Assembly: GCA_963660255.1 (NCBI GenBank)
Contig: CAVKYA010000001.1
Location: forward strand, 1-35,097
Length of the DNA: 35,097 nucleotides
From: Bacteroidaceae bacterium
Lineage (GTDB): Bacteria > Bacteroidota > Bacteroidia > Bacteroidales > UBA932
Direction: 5' to 3'
Shown here: positions 24,821 through 33,201 of the stretch, one piece after another
Position numbering within the stretch: the stretch's first letter is position 1
How the letters are laid out: each line of letters starts with the position of its first letter
The notes under the pieces: generated by a model
What the model was told of the DNA's origin: nothing
The model's database searches: none
Seen by the model: the letters and a program-made list of their open reading frames with translations, nothing else
Translations under genes and position numbers: made by a program

Positions 24821-26896
24821 TTATAAAGGATTGATTTCTGAGATATTCATCACTACTTTTCCCTTGAGTGGGGCGTTGCCGGAATCAGTGAGGGTGATAC
24901 GGTAGAGACGCTCTCCCCATACTTTCGTAAAAGCCACATCATCAAGTTCCTTGGTCTCTACCTCGGCCTTGAGTCCGGCCGGAAAAGACAGCAAAGCGAA
25001 GACGGTGTCATCACCGAGATTGTTCCCGATCAGGATCTCTCCTTCCTTTATCTTGCGCTTTCCGCAGGTCTCGCCGGGAAGGTACACCTTTCCTTGCACG
25101 AGAAAATGCCATACATCGGCTCCGCGCCTTTCCTTGAGGTTGTAGGTGTCAGAGATCTCAAGCGATGGCTTGCCGGAAGGTTTGAGAATATATTCCCTCT
25201 TCCAGGAGACGCATTCCGCTGAGTCCGGATAGGCTTTGTTCAGCTCCAGCGAGAAACGGCCTTTGCCGATGTCGCATCGTGTGTCGCAGGCCTTGTAGCC
25301 GCCACCGAACTCCTGCGGGACACCGTTTATCATCGGCAGGTTGTGCCAATCGCACTGCATAGCCCAGATCTTGTACCTTTCCTTGTTGTCGAATGTAGCC
25401 TTGGTGTAGGTTCCGACACCAGCGTCAACGAGTACAGGAATATTCCTGATTGAGAATATGCAGGTTCCGATGTCGTTGTGGTTGTGGCTTTCATCGTTGT
25501 GTCCTCCTTTGGCTCCTAAGAACCATCCGCTTGTGTTCCTCAGGAAGCACATTTCCGTCTCAGGATACCACGTGGACAGCGGAACGTCCTTTCTCAGGTC
25601 ACCGAGAATCCTTTCCATAGCCGCCGGACGGTCTTTCTCCGATGCCGCCGAGAGGATCCTGTTCAGGGAGTCTGTCTGTCTGGCGATCTCCGGAATGAAC
25701 CGTGCCGAGTTCATCGATCTATAGCCCTCGTTGGCGATAGGATGAGGACTTCTGAATATTCCTTTGCTCTTGTCTGCGTAGCGGCAAAGCGCGAAGTCCA
25801 TCATCTCCTTGCTATGCACGGCTTTGCCGTATGCCCAGACCATTTCCGGTGTCGAGGTGGCCAATGCGCTCCCGTCGGCGAAATTGGCCACGAATCCGTC
25901 TCCGATGTAGGATCTGGAGATGAACTCTCCCATTCTCTTGATCCTCGGGTTGTCAAAGATGTCGAACTTTCCTGATGACGCGTCGTAGAGAATCTGAAGG
26001 AAATCGTAAAGCTTTCCGGCCGCCGCGTCCCAATATGCCGGGCCTTCCTCACAGGCTCCGTCTGACGTGTTGTAGTCGAGGAACATATCGATTGACTCGA
26101 TTCCTTGACGCACGGCGGCGTCCAGTCTGGCCTGATCTTTCTCCATCAGCAGGAAGCACAGGATCGCGTCTGAGTTGCACCAAGGATTCCAGTTGTTTAT
26201 CATCCCGCCGTAGTAGCCGAGCCATTGGTTGGCCTTGCGCTCCTTGATGTCCAGATAAGGATCGAGAATATTCCTTTTCACCGCATCCTCAATCGCTATT
26301 GAGACCGAAGGGTCGATCTTGTCGAACTCGCTGTGGAAGAAGTGATGAATGATGGCGATTATCGCGCCGTACCTTCCGGATCCGAGGTCGATGAATCGTT
26401 CCCTTGCGTCCGGCAGGGCACGTTTTGTCCTTTGCCTTGGCTGATGTGCGGACAGCACCCAGGATGTCTGCTCGGTCGCGAGCCAGGCTCCGTTCAGAAT
26501 TTGGTCTATGAACCGCCCATTGCCTTCGGCCAGCTCCGCCAGCATCAAGGAGATCAGCGCGCCTCTGTTGGCACCCTGCGGATTCTCCATCGTGCGTCTG
26601 TTGCCGGTTCTCTCAAAGTCAAGATATGCGGTCGCCGGTATGACCTTCCATTGATAGTCAAGGTATCGTTCTCCTCGCCTGACAAGAGCGGCCGAGTCCC
26701 TTCCGAGAAGGTTGCCCCATCCGGTTCTGTCATAGTATGAAGGAAGAGGAAACCAATCCTTGCCTGCTTTGAAGGATTGCCTGACCTCCTTTGAGGACTG
26801 GTAAACATCAAGGAGGGTATTATCCCCGGCGATGGCCGCGGCGTTGAACGCCACAGCCATCGCAAGGGTTGTCAATATGTGTCTTGTGAGATTCAT
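24821..26896 (-). CDS. Heparinase II/III-like polysaccharide lyase (probably PL33-like)
   Basis: Signal peptide; NNWNPWCNS, DGACEEGPAYW, ANFAD, KGGHNDESHNHNDIG, DAGVGTY and HNLP motifs. ATG overlaps the upstream TGA (TGATG). Subfamily from recall. Confidence 0.8.
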   Translation of the reverse strand: MNLTRHILTTLAMAVAFNAAAIAGDNTLLDVYQSSKEVRQSFKAGKDWFPLPSYYDRTGWGNLLGRDSAALVRRGERYLDYQWKVIPATAYLDFERTGNRRTMENPQGANRGALISLMLAELAEGNGRFIDQILNGAWLATEQTSWVLSAHQPRQRTKRALPDARERFIDLGSGRYGAIIAIIHHFFHSEFDKIDPSVSIAIEDAVKRNILDPYLDIKERKANQWLGYYGGMINNWNPWCNSDAILCFLLMEKDQARLDAAVRQGIESIDMFLDYNTSDGACEEGPAYWDAAAGKLYDFLQILYDASSGKFDIFDNPRIKRMGEFISRSYIGDGFVANFADGSALATSTPEMVWAYGKAVHSKEMMDFALCRYADKSKGIFRSPHPIANEGYRSMNSARFIPEIARQTDSLNRILSAASEKDRPAAMERILGDLRKDVPLSTWYPETEMCFLRNTSGWFLGAKGGHNDESHNHNDIGTCIFSIRNIPVLVDAGVGTYTKATFDNKERYKIWAMQCDWHNLPMINGVPQEFGGGYKACDTRCDIGKGRFSLELNKAYPDSAECVSWKREYILKPSGKPSLEISDTYNLKERRGADVWHFLVQGKVYLPGETCGKRKIKEGEILIGNNLGDDTVFALLSFPAGLKAEVETKELDDVAFTKVWGERLYRITLTDSGNAPLKGKVVMNISEINPL

Positions 26897-28827
26897 CAAG
26901 ATTCTGGTGTGAGTGTTGTCGTGAATGTGGCGGTCTTGTTGACTGTCACGTTGGCCTCGAATCCGACCTCATAGTAGCCGGAGTTGTCGGCGTCGTAATC
27001 CTTGCCTTTGGTTGACCACGTCTTCAGGGTGACCTCAGGACCGCTTGAGCTGACTTTCAAGTACATCGTCTTGCCTCCGTTCTTGAGGACGATCCTGTCC
27101 TTTTCGACGGTCGGCTGTCCTGTTGTCACCATTGTCCACCGCACCTTTGCCTGAAGATTGTACTTGGCAGAGATCTCGTCAACAACCACAAGGTCTTTGT
27201 TGTTTTCGATCGTGACGGTCCTGTAAGCCTTGTCGCATTGGTCGGAAAGGATGTCGGACATATCAACCTTGCAGCCCTTCGATGTCTCCTCGTCAATGAC
27301 TTTCGTGATCTTTGCCTCGGCCGAAGCCTTGTGCTTGGCGTTGTTGATCGTCAGTGTGCTGTGGTTGAAGTTGTTGTAGCGGAAGACATCCCATCTCAGC
27401 GAGTTCTGGCTGAAGTCGCTGAAATTGCCTCCCATCCCGGCGATGACGTTCTCGATCGTGCTGTAGCTCTGGAGCCCCAGGTCGGCTGACCAGCGGACAC
27501 CCATCGCATCATAGACGAAAGATCCGACATCCATATGCCCGTGACTGTAGTTGGCCCTTCCGGCCTTGACTCCAAGGAACTTGTCTGACTCCGAGAATGA
27601 CCAGTCTCCGTGCACGAGAGCCACAGGATTGATTCCGTTCCCTGACCATACGTGATCTGACGGAGCCTGGACCTTGCCGGCGTTCAGCTTGTCGGCATAG
27701 ACAATCGCCATCGGATAATATTTGTAGGCTCCGGTGCTGCTGTACCGACCGTCCTTGAGTTTGAGATTCTCGATGTAAACCAACGAAGGGTCGTTGAATT
27801 TCCAGGCCAAATACCATAGCGGAGCGAACGCCACGCTTGAAGGAGCGCAGTCACTGTAATTGAACGCCTTCTTGTTCATTCCCTCCATAAACATTATCCA
27901 TTTGCCTGTCTTCTTGAATCCGGCGATCTCGGACAGACCGCTGTTTGAACCGGTGCAGGTCTCAAGCGCGGAAAGCATTATGCATTCAAAAGCCGTTCCA
28001 TATCCCCAGTAGCCATAGCCCTCCGGATAGTTTCCGTCCGGATTATAGATTGTCTCCATCACTTTGGCGTTGCTTTCGATGGCTTTGTCTATGATTTTCT
28101 GCGCGTCTGTCTTGCAGGCCTCATAGACAGCCACAGCGGCGGTGACAAGCCCACCGTTGCAGACCTGGTTCCAGTTGGAGGCCGTAGTGTAGAAATTAAG
28201 GTTCCATTTGCTGTTCAGCGCACAGTAAAACGCATAGTTCTGAATGGCTTTCTCGGCTTTGTTCCGAGTCTCCTTGCTCAGCTCATTGTAGAGCCAGTCG
28301 TATCCGATTCCGACTCCGTGCGCCATCTCGGCTCCGTCGAGAAAGTGCGTCGGGGCGTTCCAGTCATTGAAATCACAGACTGTGTTGATGTCCTTCTCAG
28401 CCTTCGTGAGGTATTTCCCGTCACCGGTCATCCTGTAGGCGTACGAGCAGGCGATGATCCTGTTCGCCGCCTCCACAGAGACATCCAGCAGCCGCTTGCC
28501 GACTTTCTGGTACGTAAGATCCCTCTTGTTAAGGACAGAGTTGGCGTAGTCTATCATCAGTTTGTGAAGCATCGTGACGTTCTCGTCGCTTCCTGATTCT
28601 ATCTTGGCCTTTATCGAGGCTTCTGCGTCTTTTGTCAGTATCACCCTCGGATGATTGGACGCTGTCAGCTTTGAGTAGTCCGGCTTGCTGGTGGACGGCT
28701 TGTCCGTGCCTCCTCCGCCTGGGTTTGACCCGCCCCCCGGCTTGTAGGTTTCCGGTTCTTTGGAGCAGGCCAAGCAAACTAAGGCGGCGGATACCATCAG
28801 CGCCAGTGTCTTAAGGTATCTCTTCAT
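26896..28827 (-). CDS. Heparinase II/III-like polysaccharide lyase lipoprotein (probably PL35-like)
   Basis: Lipobox CLAC-SKEPE, Gly-rich linker, HPR, HFLDGAEM, NWNQVCNGG, YPEGYGYWGYGT, HGHMDVGSF and HSTLTIN motifs. Confidence 0.8.
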   Translation of the reverse strand: MKRYLKTLALMVSAALVCLACSKEPETYKPGGGSNPGGGGTDKPSTSKPDYSKLTASNHPRVILTKDAEASIKAKIESGSDENVTMLHKLMIDYANSVLNKRDLTYQKVGKRLLDVSVEAANRIIACSYAYRMTGDGKYLTKAEKDINTVCDFNDWNAPTHFLDGAEMAHGVGIGYDWLYNELSKETRNKAEKAIQNYAFYCALNSKWNLNFYTTASNWNQVCNGGLVTAAVAVYEACKTDAQKIIDKAIESNAKVMETIYNPDGNYPEGYGYWGYGTAFECIMLSALETCTGSNSGLSEIAGFKKTGKWIMFMEGMNKKAFNYSDCAPSSVAFAPLWYLAWKFNDPSLVYIENLKLKDGRYSSTGAYKYYPMAIVYADKLNAGKVQAPSDHVWSGNGINPVALVHGDWSFSESDKFLGVKAGRANYSHGHMDVGSFVYDAMGVRWSADLGLQSYSTIENVIAGMGGNFSDFSQNSLRWDVFRYNNFNHSTLTINNAKHKASAEAKITKVIDEETSKGCKVDMSDILSDQCDKAYRTVTIENNKDLVVVDEISAKYNLQAKVRWTMVTTGQPTVEKDRIVLKNGGKTMYLKVSSSGPEVTLKTWSTKGKDYDADNSGYYEVGFEANVTVNKTATFTTTLTPES

Positions 28828-28839
28828 TCTATTTCTCGA

Positions 28840-30864
28840 TTATCTGTTCTCAGTGTCTTTCATACACCTTACACTCTGTCCTGACGCGCGTGTTCCGGTG
28901 GAAGCCCATTGGCTGCTCTTGTACCTGAACCAGAGTTGATAGGCTTTGTGGTCGGTGCTGTTGTAGCTTCCGGAAGGGGAGTTGGACCAGCAGGAGACAA
29001 TGTCGTTCTTGTTATTGTCCGGGTTACCGGCCGTGTTTCCCCACTTCACTCCGGAGAACGGCCAGTAGGCCTCGTGCTCTCCATCGTACTTATAGACGAG
29101 CCATCTCATATTGCTTCCAGTCTTGAATTCAGACTCCCTCCCGTCAAGGACTTCCTTGATGATGGCAGGGGAGACTACCATCCATCCGGCCGGGCAAGGG
29201 TCGAAGATCGTCTTGGTGCCGTTCTCTGTAGAGCCTTCTGAATCACCGTTGTTAGGGTTACCCCAGAAGTCATCCTTACGGTCGGATCTGTTTCCGGTCT
29301 GTGATCCAAGGTACCAGTCTCCAAGATGGTTCTCCGCTCCATCAGTGTAGAAGAACACGTCCGGGTTCTTCGCGGAAACCTTAAGGTTGGTGACAGTGGT
29401 CGTGGCCTTTTTGTACGTGATGCTTCCCCAGCTGAATCCGAACGGCCTGCCCCATTGGCAGTATATTCCTATACCGTGCCAGTTGTCGTAGTCCGGAGCG
29501 TAACCGTTTCCGAGGTTTCTGTCCATCACGACACCGTTCTTGTACTGATGTTCCTGAACGCCCTGTGGAACATACCAGACGTTGAAGGACCAGATATATT
29601 CCTTCTTGGCGTTGCAGATGCCGACCTTGCCGACATAACCAACATAGCCGTCCTTGTTCGCCCTGATTGTGAGCGTGTAGTCCGGGTTGATCTCCACGAA
29701 TTCGGCGTAATCATCCGGAGACTTAGGGTTGTTCCTCTTGCCGTTGATGGCGATCGGGTAATTTGTCCCGTTAAGGTTGCTGGCATAGATGATCTTGGCG
29801 TACTTAGGCTCCTCGCAACCGTTGAAGAAACCGCGGGCCTTGACATCGATCGTGAACTCTTTGTTGTCCTCTGTGGCCATAAACGTGTTCTGCGGTCCGT
29901 ACGCCCAGCCTTCGGCCAGCATTCTGGTCTCCTCCGGCTCGTACCAGGCGAACTTGTTGTCGGACTTGCTGACGTTCTTGATGGTGATGGTGTTGACCGT
30001 GTTGGCGAGGAGTTTGCCACCGTTCACCTTGACAGGGATGGTGACGTTCTTCTTCCCGTCAGTCATTGAAACTGAGACATAAACATCCTTTCCGGTGAGA
30101 TCCACAGGCAGGGTTGCAAGCCACAATGTCTGCTCGGAGTTGAGAGCGGAAGGCTCGTCAACCGTGACAGTGACATAGTCGCAAGGGTTCGTGACCTTAA
30201 GCTCTCCGGTCCTGACATTGACATCCATCTTGCCGACGATCTCGGCTCCTTCTGACCAGATGGACGCTCCGGCAAGCTTGTAGGACGCGTATTCACTGGA
30301 AGAGATCACGAGTTTCACGTATGCCGTGGCGTGCTTGAGTGAGAATGTCACAGGCGGCTGGTACGATGACTCGTCGGAAACGACTGTCGCGGGGATGTTC
30401 CTGACATCGTAGGCAAGGCTGTATCTTCCGATTCCATCGCTCTCATTGGCGGCACTCTGTTTCTGTTCCATCGGAACCCAAGACTTCAGGATGTCACCCT
30501 CGAATGAGGTGGCCTCGCTGAACGGATAGTAGATCACGGCTTCCGTCTCGGATGGAATCTCTGTCTCGTTGTCCAGGATGAACACACCGCTGTTCTTGCC
30601 TGAGTCCTCATCAATCAGCCTTGCGGATGCGTTCGCGAATAGTTCCGAAGATGTCGAGACCACCCCGATCTTGTCTCCGAGCGACCAAAACACCGGGTAG
30701 CTGTTCCCGTTCTTCTCGCCTATGCTGGTCCTTGTCTGTGGGAACGCCGTTCCCTGGAAGGTCACCTTGACGGCGGAGTTGTGGCTTTCCACCACATCTT
30801 CCTTCACGCTGCACGAACTTAGTGCGATCAGCGCGATTCCGATACCATATAGAGTCTTTTTCAT
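28840..30864 (-). CDS. Lipoprotein with fimbrillin-like N-terminus and Fibrobacter major-paralogous/C-type-lectin-like C-terminal domain
   Basis: Lipobox LSSC, TRT, WSLGDKIGV, YYP and FSLKH (fimbrillin-like). C-terminal WSFNVW, MDRNLG, YCQWGR, DPCPAGWMV and SVRCMKD. Confidence 0.7.
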   Translation of the reverse strand: MKKTLYGIGIALIALSSCSVKEDVVESHNSAVKVTFQGTAFPQTRTSIGEKNGNSYPVFWSLGDKIGVVSTSSELFANASARLIDEDSGKNSGVFILDNETEIPSETEAVIYYPFSEATSFEGDILKSWVPMEQKQSAANESDGIGRYSLAYDVRNIPATVVSDESSYQPPVTFSLKHATAYVKLVISSSEYASYKLAGASIWSEGAEIVGKMDVNVRTGELKVTNPCDYVTVTVDEPSALNSEQTLWLATLPVDLTGKDVYVSVSMTDGKKNVTIPVKVNGGKLLANTVNTITIKNVSKSDNKFAWYEPEETRMLAEGWAYGPQNTFMATEDNKEFTIDVKARGFFNGCEEPKYAKIIYASNLNGTNYPIAINGKRNNPKSPDDYAEFVEINPDYTLTIRANKDGYVGYVGKVGICNAKKEYIWSFNVWYVPQGVQEHQYKNGVVMDRNLGNGYAPDYDNWHGIGIYCQWGRPFGFSWGSITYKKATTTVTNLKVSAKNPDVFFYTDGAENHLGDWYLGSQTGNRSDRKDDFWGNPNNGDSEGSTENGTKTIFDPCPAGWMVVSPAIIKEVLDGRESEFKTGSNMRWLVYKYDGEHEAYWPFSGVKWGNTAGNPDNNKNDIVSCWSNSPSGSYNSTDHKAYQLWFRYKSSQWASTGTRASGQSVRCMKDTENR

Positions 30865-30883
30865 TGTCTTGAATATTTAAGGG

Positions 30884-31348
30884 TTATTGGATAACGTTCT
30901 CATCAAGCTCTCCTGCGGAATTGTCCTTGCTGATTCCGTCAGGCTTTCCGACTGCCGTCCAGGTCTCGAACGCGGCCGCGCAGGCCCTGCCTTCCTTGTT
31001 ATAGACGATGACAGCCGAGATGTAGTCTTTCTGGTAGGTGAGCTGGGAGAGCTCCTCGCTGTACGGCAAAGCCTCGATGTCCTTGCCGTTCTCCTGAACC
31101 CATTGTGTGAGCTTCACTTCCTTGGTGTAGTCGAAATCAAGTCTGTCAACCCTGATTCCGGTGACGATTTTAGCTCCATAGAATTTCCCTTCGGTGAGGG
31201 AGGCCGAAACTGTCGCCTTGTTGTCGGCCAGACCGCTGACCTCGATCTTTACATCAGGCTCAGTCTCAGCTGCCGGCTCATCAGACTTACCGCAGGAGCA
31301 AACCAACGCCGCCGCTGCGACAATCGCCAATAATATATTCTTTTTCAT
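30884..31348 (-). CDS. Hypothetical lipoprotein (154 aa), PUL accessory protein
   Basis: Lipobox VCSC-GKSDE; directly downstream of SusD. Confidence 0.75.
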   Translation of the reverse strand: MKKNILLAIVAAAALVCSCGKSDEPAAETEPDVKIEVSGLADNKATVSASLTEGKFYGAKIVTGIRVDRLDFDYTKEVKLTQWVQENGKDIEALPYSEELSQLTYQKDYISAVIVYNKEGRACAAAFETWTAVGKPDGISKDNSAGELDENVIQ

Positions 31349-31369
31349 AATATTACATTGTAAGATTTG

Positions 31370-33190
31370 TTAATATACCCATCCTTCTCTTGTTGTGAGT
31401 GCCGCGTTCTTCTGAACCTCGTTCTGAGGAGCCGTCCAAGGCCATAGGCAGTCGGACCAGTACCAAGCGTACTCAACGGTGTTGTCTCCCCACCAGGACT
31501 GTCCGCCGTGAACATCCTTGCCCTGGAACTTGCTCTCCTTGTAGGTTCCCCAGCGTACCTCATCGAAGTAGTTTATCGCTTCCACAGGGAACTCGACCCT
31601 TCTTTCGTACCTTACGGCCTCACGCATCTGATCCTGACTTCCGAGAGTCACACCCGGCATTCCGGCGCGGGATCTCACAAGGTCGATCAGGCTTTTGGCC
31701 TCATCGAGACGGTTCAGTTCCACAAGTGCCTCGGCTCTTTGAAGGAGCACATCGGTGTAGCGGATGAGAGGAAAGTCCGTGTGGCAGCGTGTTCTGTCGA
31801 TGAGCTCGCCTTTGAGGAAACGCACGTACTTCTTGTAGCAGTAGTACCCGGAAGTCCTCTTGTCCAGCCAGAAATCACCACCACTTGTGCCTTGCTTGTA
31901 GAGAGGCCAGCGGAGAGCCTTGCCGATCATATTCTCGTCCCCGTTGTAGTTAGGGGTGTAGCAGTCAACCGGCTCGTAAGGGGTCACGATGGTCTGTTTC
32001 AGACGTGGATCCCTGTTGTCGTAAGCGGCCTTGATGCGGGTCTCGTTGCCGTTGTCGAGATAGTAGCGGTTGAATACATCACTGCCGCAGATCTTGATCG
32101 CCTGTGACTTCTGTGACGCAAGAGCCTTGTTGGAGTTAAGGCCGTCCCTGCAGAAGAACACCGCGCGCTGCTTTGCGGTAAGGTTGTTCCAATCCTCCAG
32201 TCCCGGAACCTTGCTCCAGTCGAACCTGGTGCCGTCCGCATTCTCGTAGTAGTCCACGAAATCGGCCGCCGGCTTGACCTCGGTCCATCCGCCGTAGGTG
32301 TCTCTGGCTCCCAGCGCCTGCTCGATGTTGTCGCAGTAGCCGGATTCCTCGTCGTACTGGATGGCGAAGATCATCTCGGGGCTGTGCTCGTTCTCCGGAG
32401 TGAAGAAATCAATGTATCTGCCCTGCCAGAGGTCATAGCCGCACCTGCCCACAGCCTCGAAGTCAGACTCTGCGGCGGAATATTCCTTCATCCACATATA
32501 CGCCATTCCTCTGAGCGCATACGCCGCTCCTTTGGAAGGCCTTCCGATGTAGTTGGTGATCGTGTTGTCAGGGAAATATTCATTGTCAATGCAATAGGTG
32601 CAGTCGTCGATCACTGTCTTCCAGATCTCCTCCGCGGAGGATTGAACCTTGGTGCAGTTCTCGTTCGTGACCGGTTCAAGGTACAGAGGCACACCCTGAT
32701 AGAACTTGTTCAGTCTTGAATATGCCCACGCCCTGAGGAAATGCGCCTCGCTCTGGAACCTTTCGTAAGTTGGGGTGTCGAGGCCGGCCTTCCCGAGATT
32801 GGCGATGGCGTCGTTGGTGGCGTGGACTATCGTGTAGCAGAACTTCCACTCGAATGTCACAAGCCAGTCGTTGGCCCTTTTCGCCTCGCTGTACAGAAGC
32901 TGGATAGGGTAGTTGTTGGCATAGTAGTCGGTGCAGAATCCCAACGCTTCGATTCCGTACTTGTTGAGTCCGTCAAGGTTCTCGCTGCGGACCTGTGTGC
33001 CGTTGCTCTGCTTGCGGTTGTAGAACGTCTCGTAGATTCCGTTCATTCCTTTCTGCGCAAGTTCCGGCGTGGTCCACATATTCCCGCTCGAAATCTGGTT
33101 GGAAGGAGCTGTGTCTAGCATATCCGCGCAGGCGGCCGACGCAGTGAGGACAATGGCTCCAAGAGCTATGTTTTTAAGAATATTTTTCAT
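31370..33190 (-). CDS. RagB/SusD family outer-membrane lipoprotein
   Basis: Lipobox SAAC-ADMLDTAP, EAHFLRAWAY, GRPSKGAAYAL, RDPRL, IRYTDVLLQRAEA, VRSRAG and YERRVEF motifs. Confidence 0.93.
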   Translation of the reverse strand: MKNILKNIALGAIVLTASAACADMLDTAPSNQISSGNMWTTPELAQKGMNGIYETFYNRKQSNGTQVRSENLDGLNKYGIEALGFCTDYYANNYPIQLLYSEAKRANDWLVTFEWKFCYTIVHATNDAIANLGKAGLDTPTYERFQSEAHFLRAWAYSRLNKFYQGVPLYLEPVTNENCTKVQSSAEEIWKTVIDDCTYCIDNEYFPDNTITNYIGRPSKGAAYALRGMAYMWMKEYSAAESDFEAVGRCGYDLWQGRYIDFFTPENEHSPEMIFAIQYDEESGYCDNIEQALGARDTYGGWTEVKPAADFVDYYENADGTRFDWSKVPGLEDWNNLTAKQRAVFFCRDGLNSNKALASQKSQAIKICGSDVFNRYYLDNGNETRIKAAYDNRDPRLKQTIVTPYEPVDCYTPNYNGDENMIGKALRWPLYKQGTSGGDFWLDKRTSGYYCYKKYVRFLKGELIDRTRCHTDFPLIRYTDVLLQRAEALVELNRLDEAKSLIDLVRSRAGMPGVTLGSQDQMREAVRYERRVEFPVEAINYFDEVRWGTYKESKFQGKDVHGGQSWWGDNTVEYAWYWSDCLWPWTAPQNEVQKNAALTTREGWVY

Positions 33191-33201
33191 TTCCGTGCTG
33201 T

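Noticed and set aside
28840..29050. Possible DGR variable region at the 3' end of the lectin-like gene
   Set aside because: I saw no second near-identical copy (template repeat) and no RT or Avd gene in the window. A remote DGR cannot be tested here.
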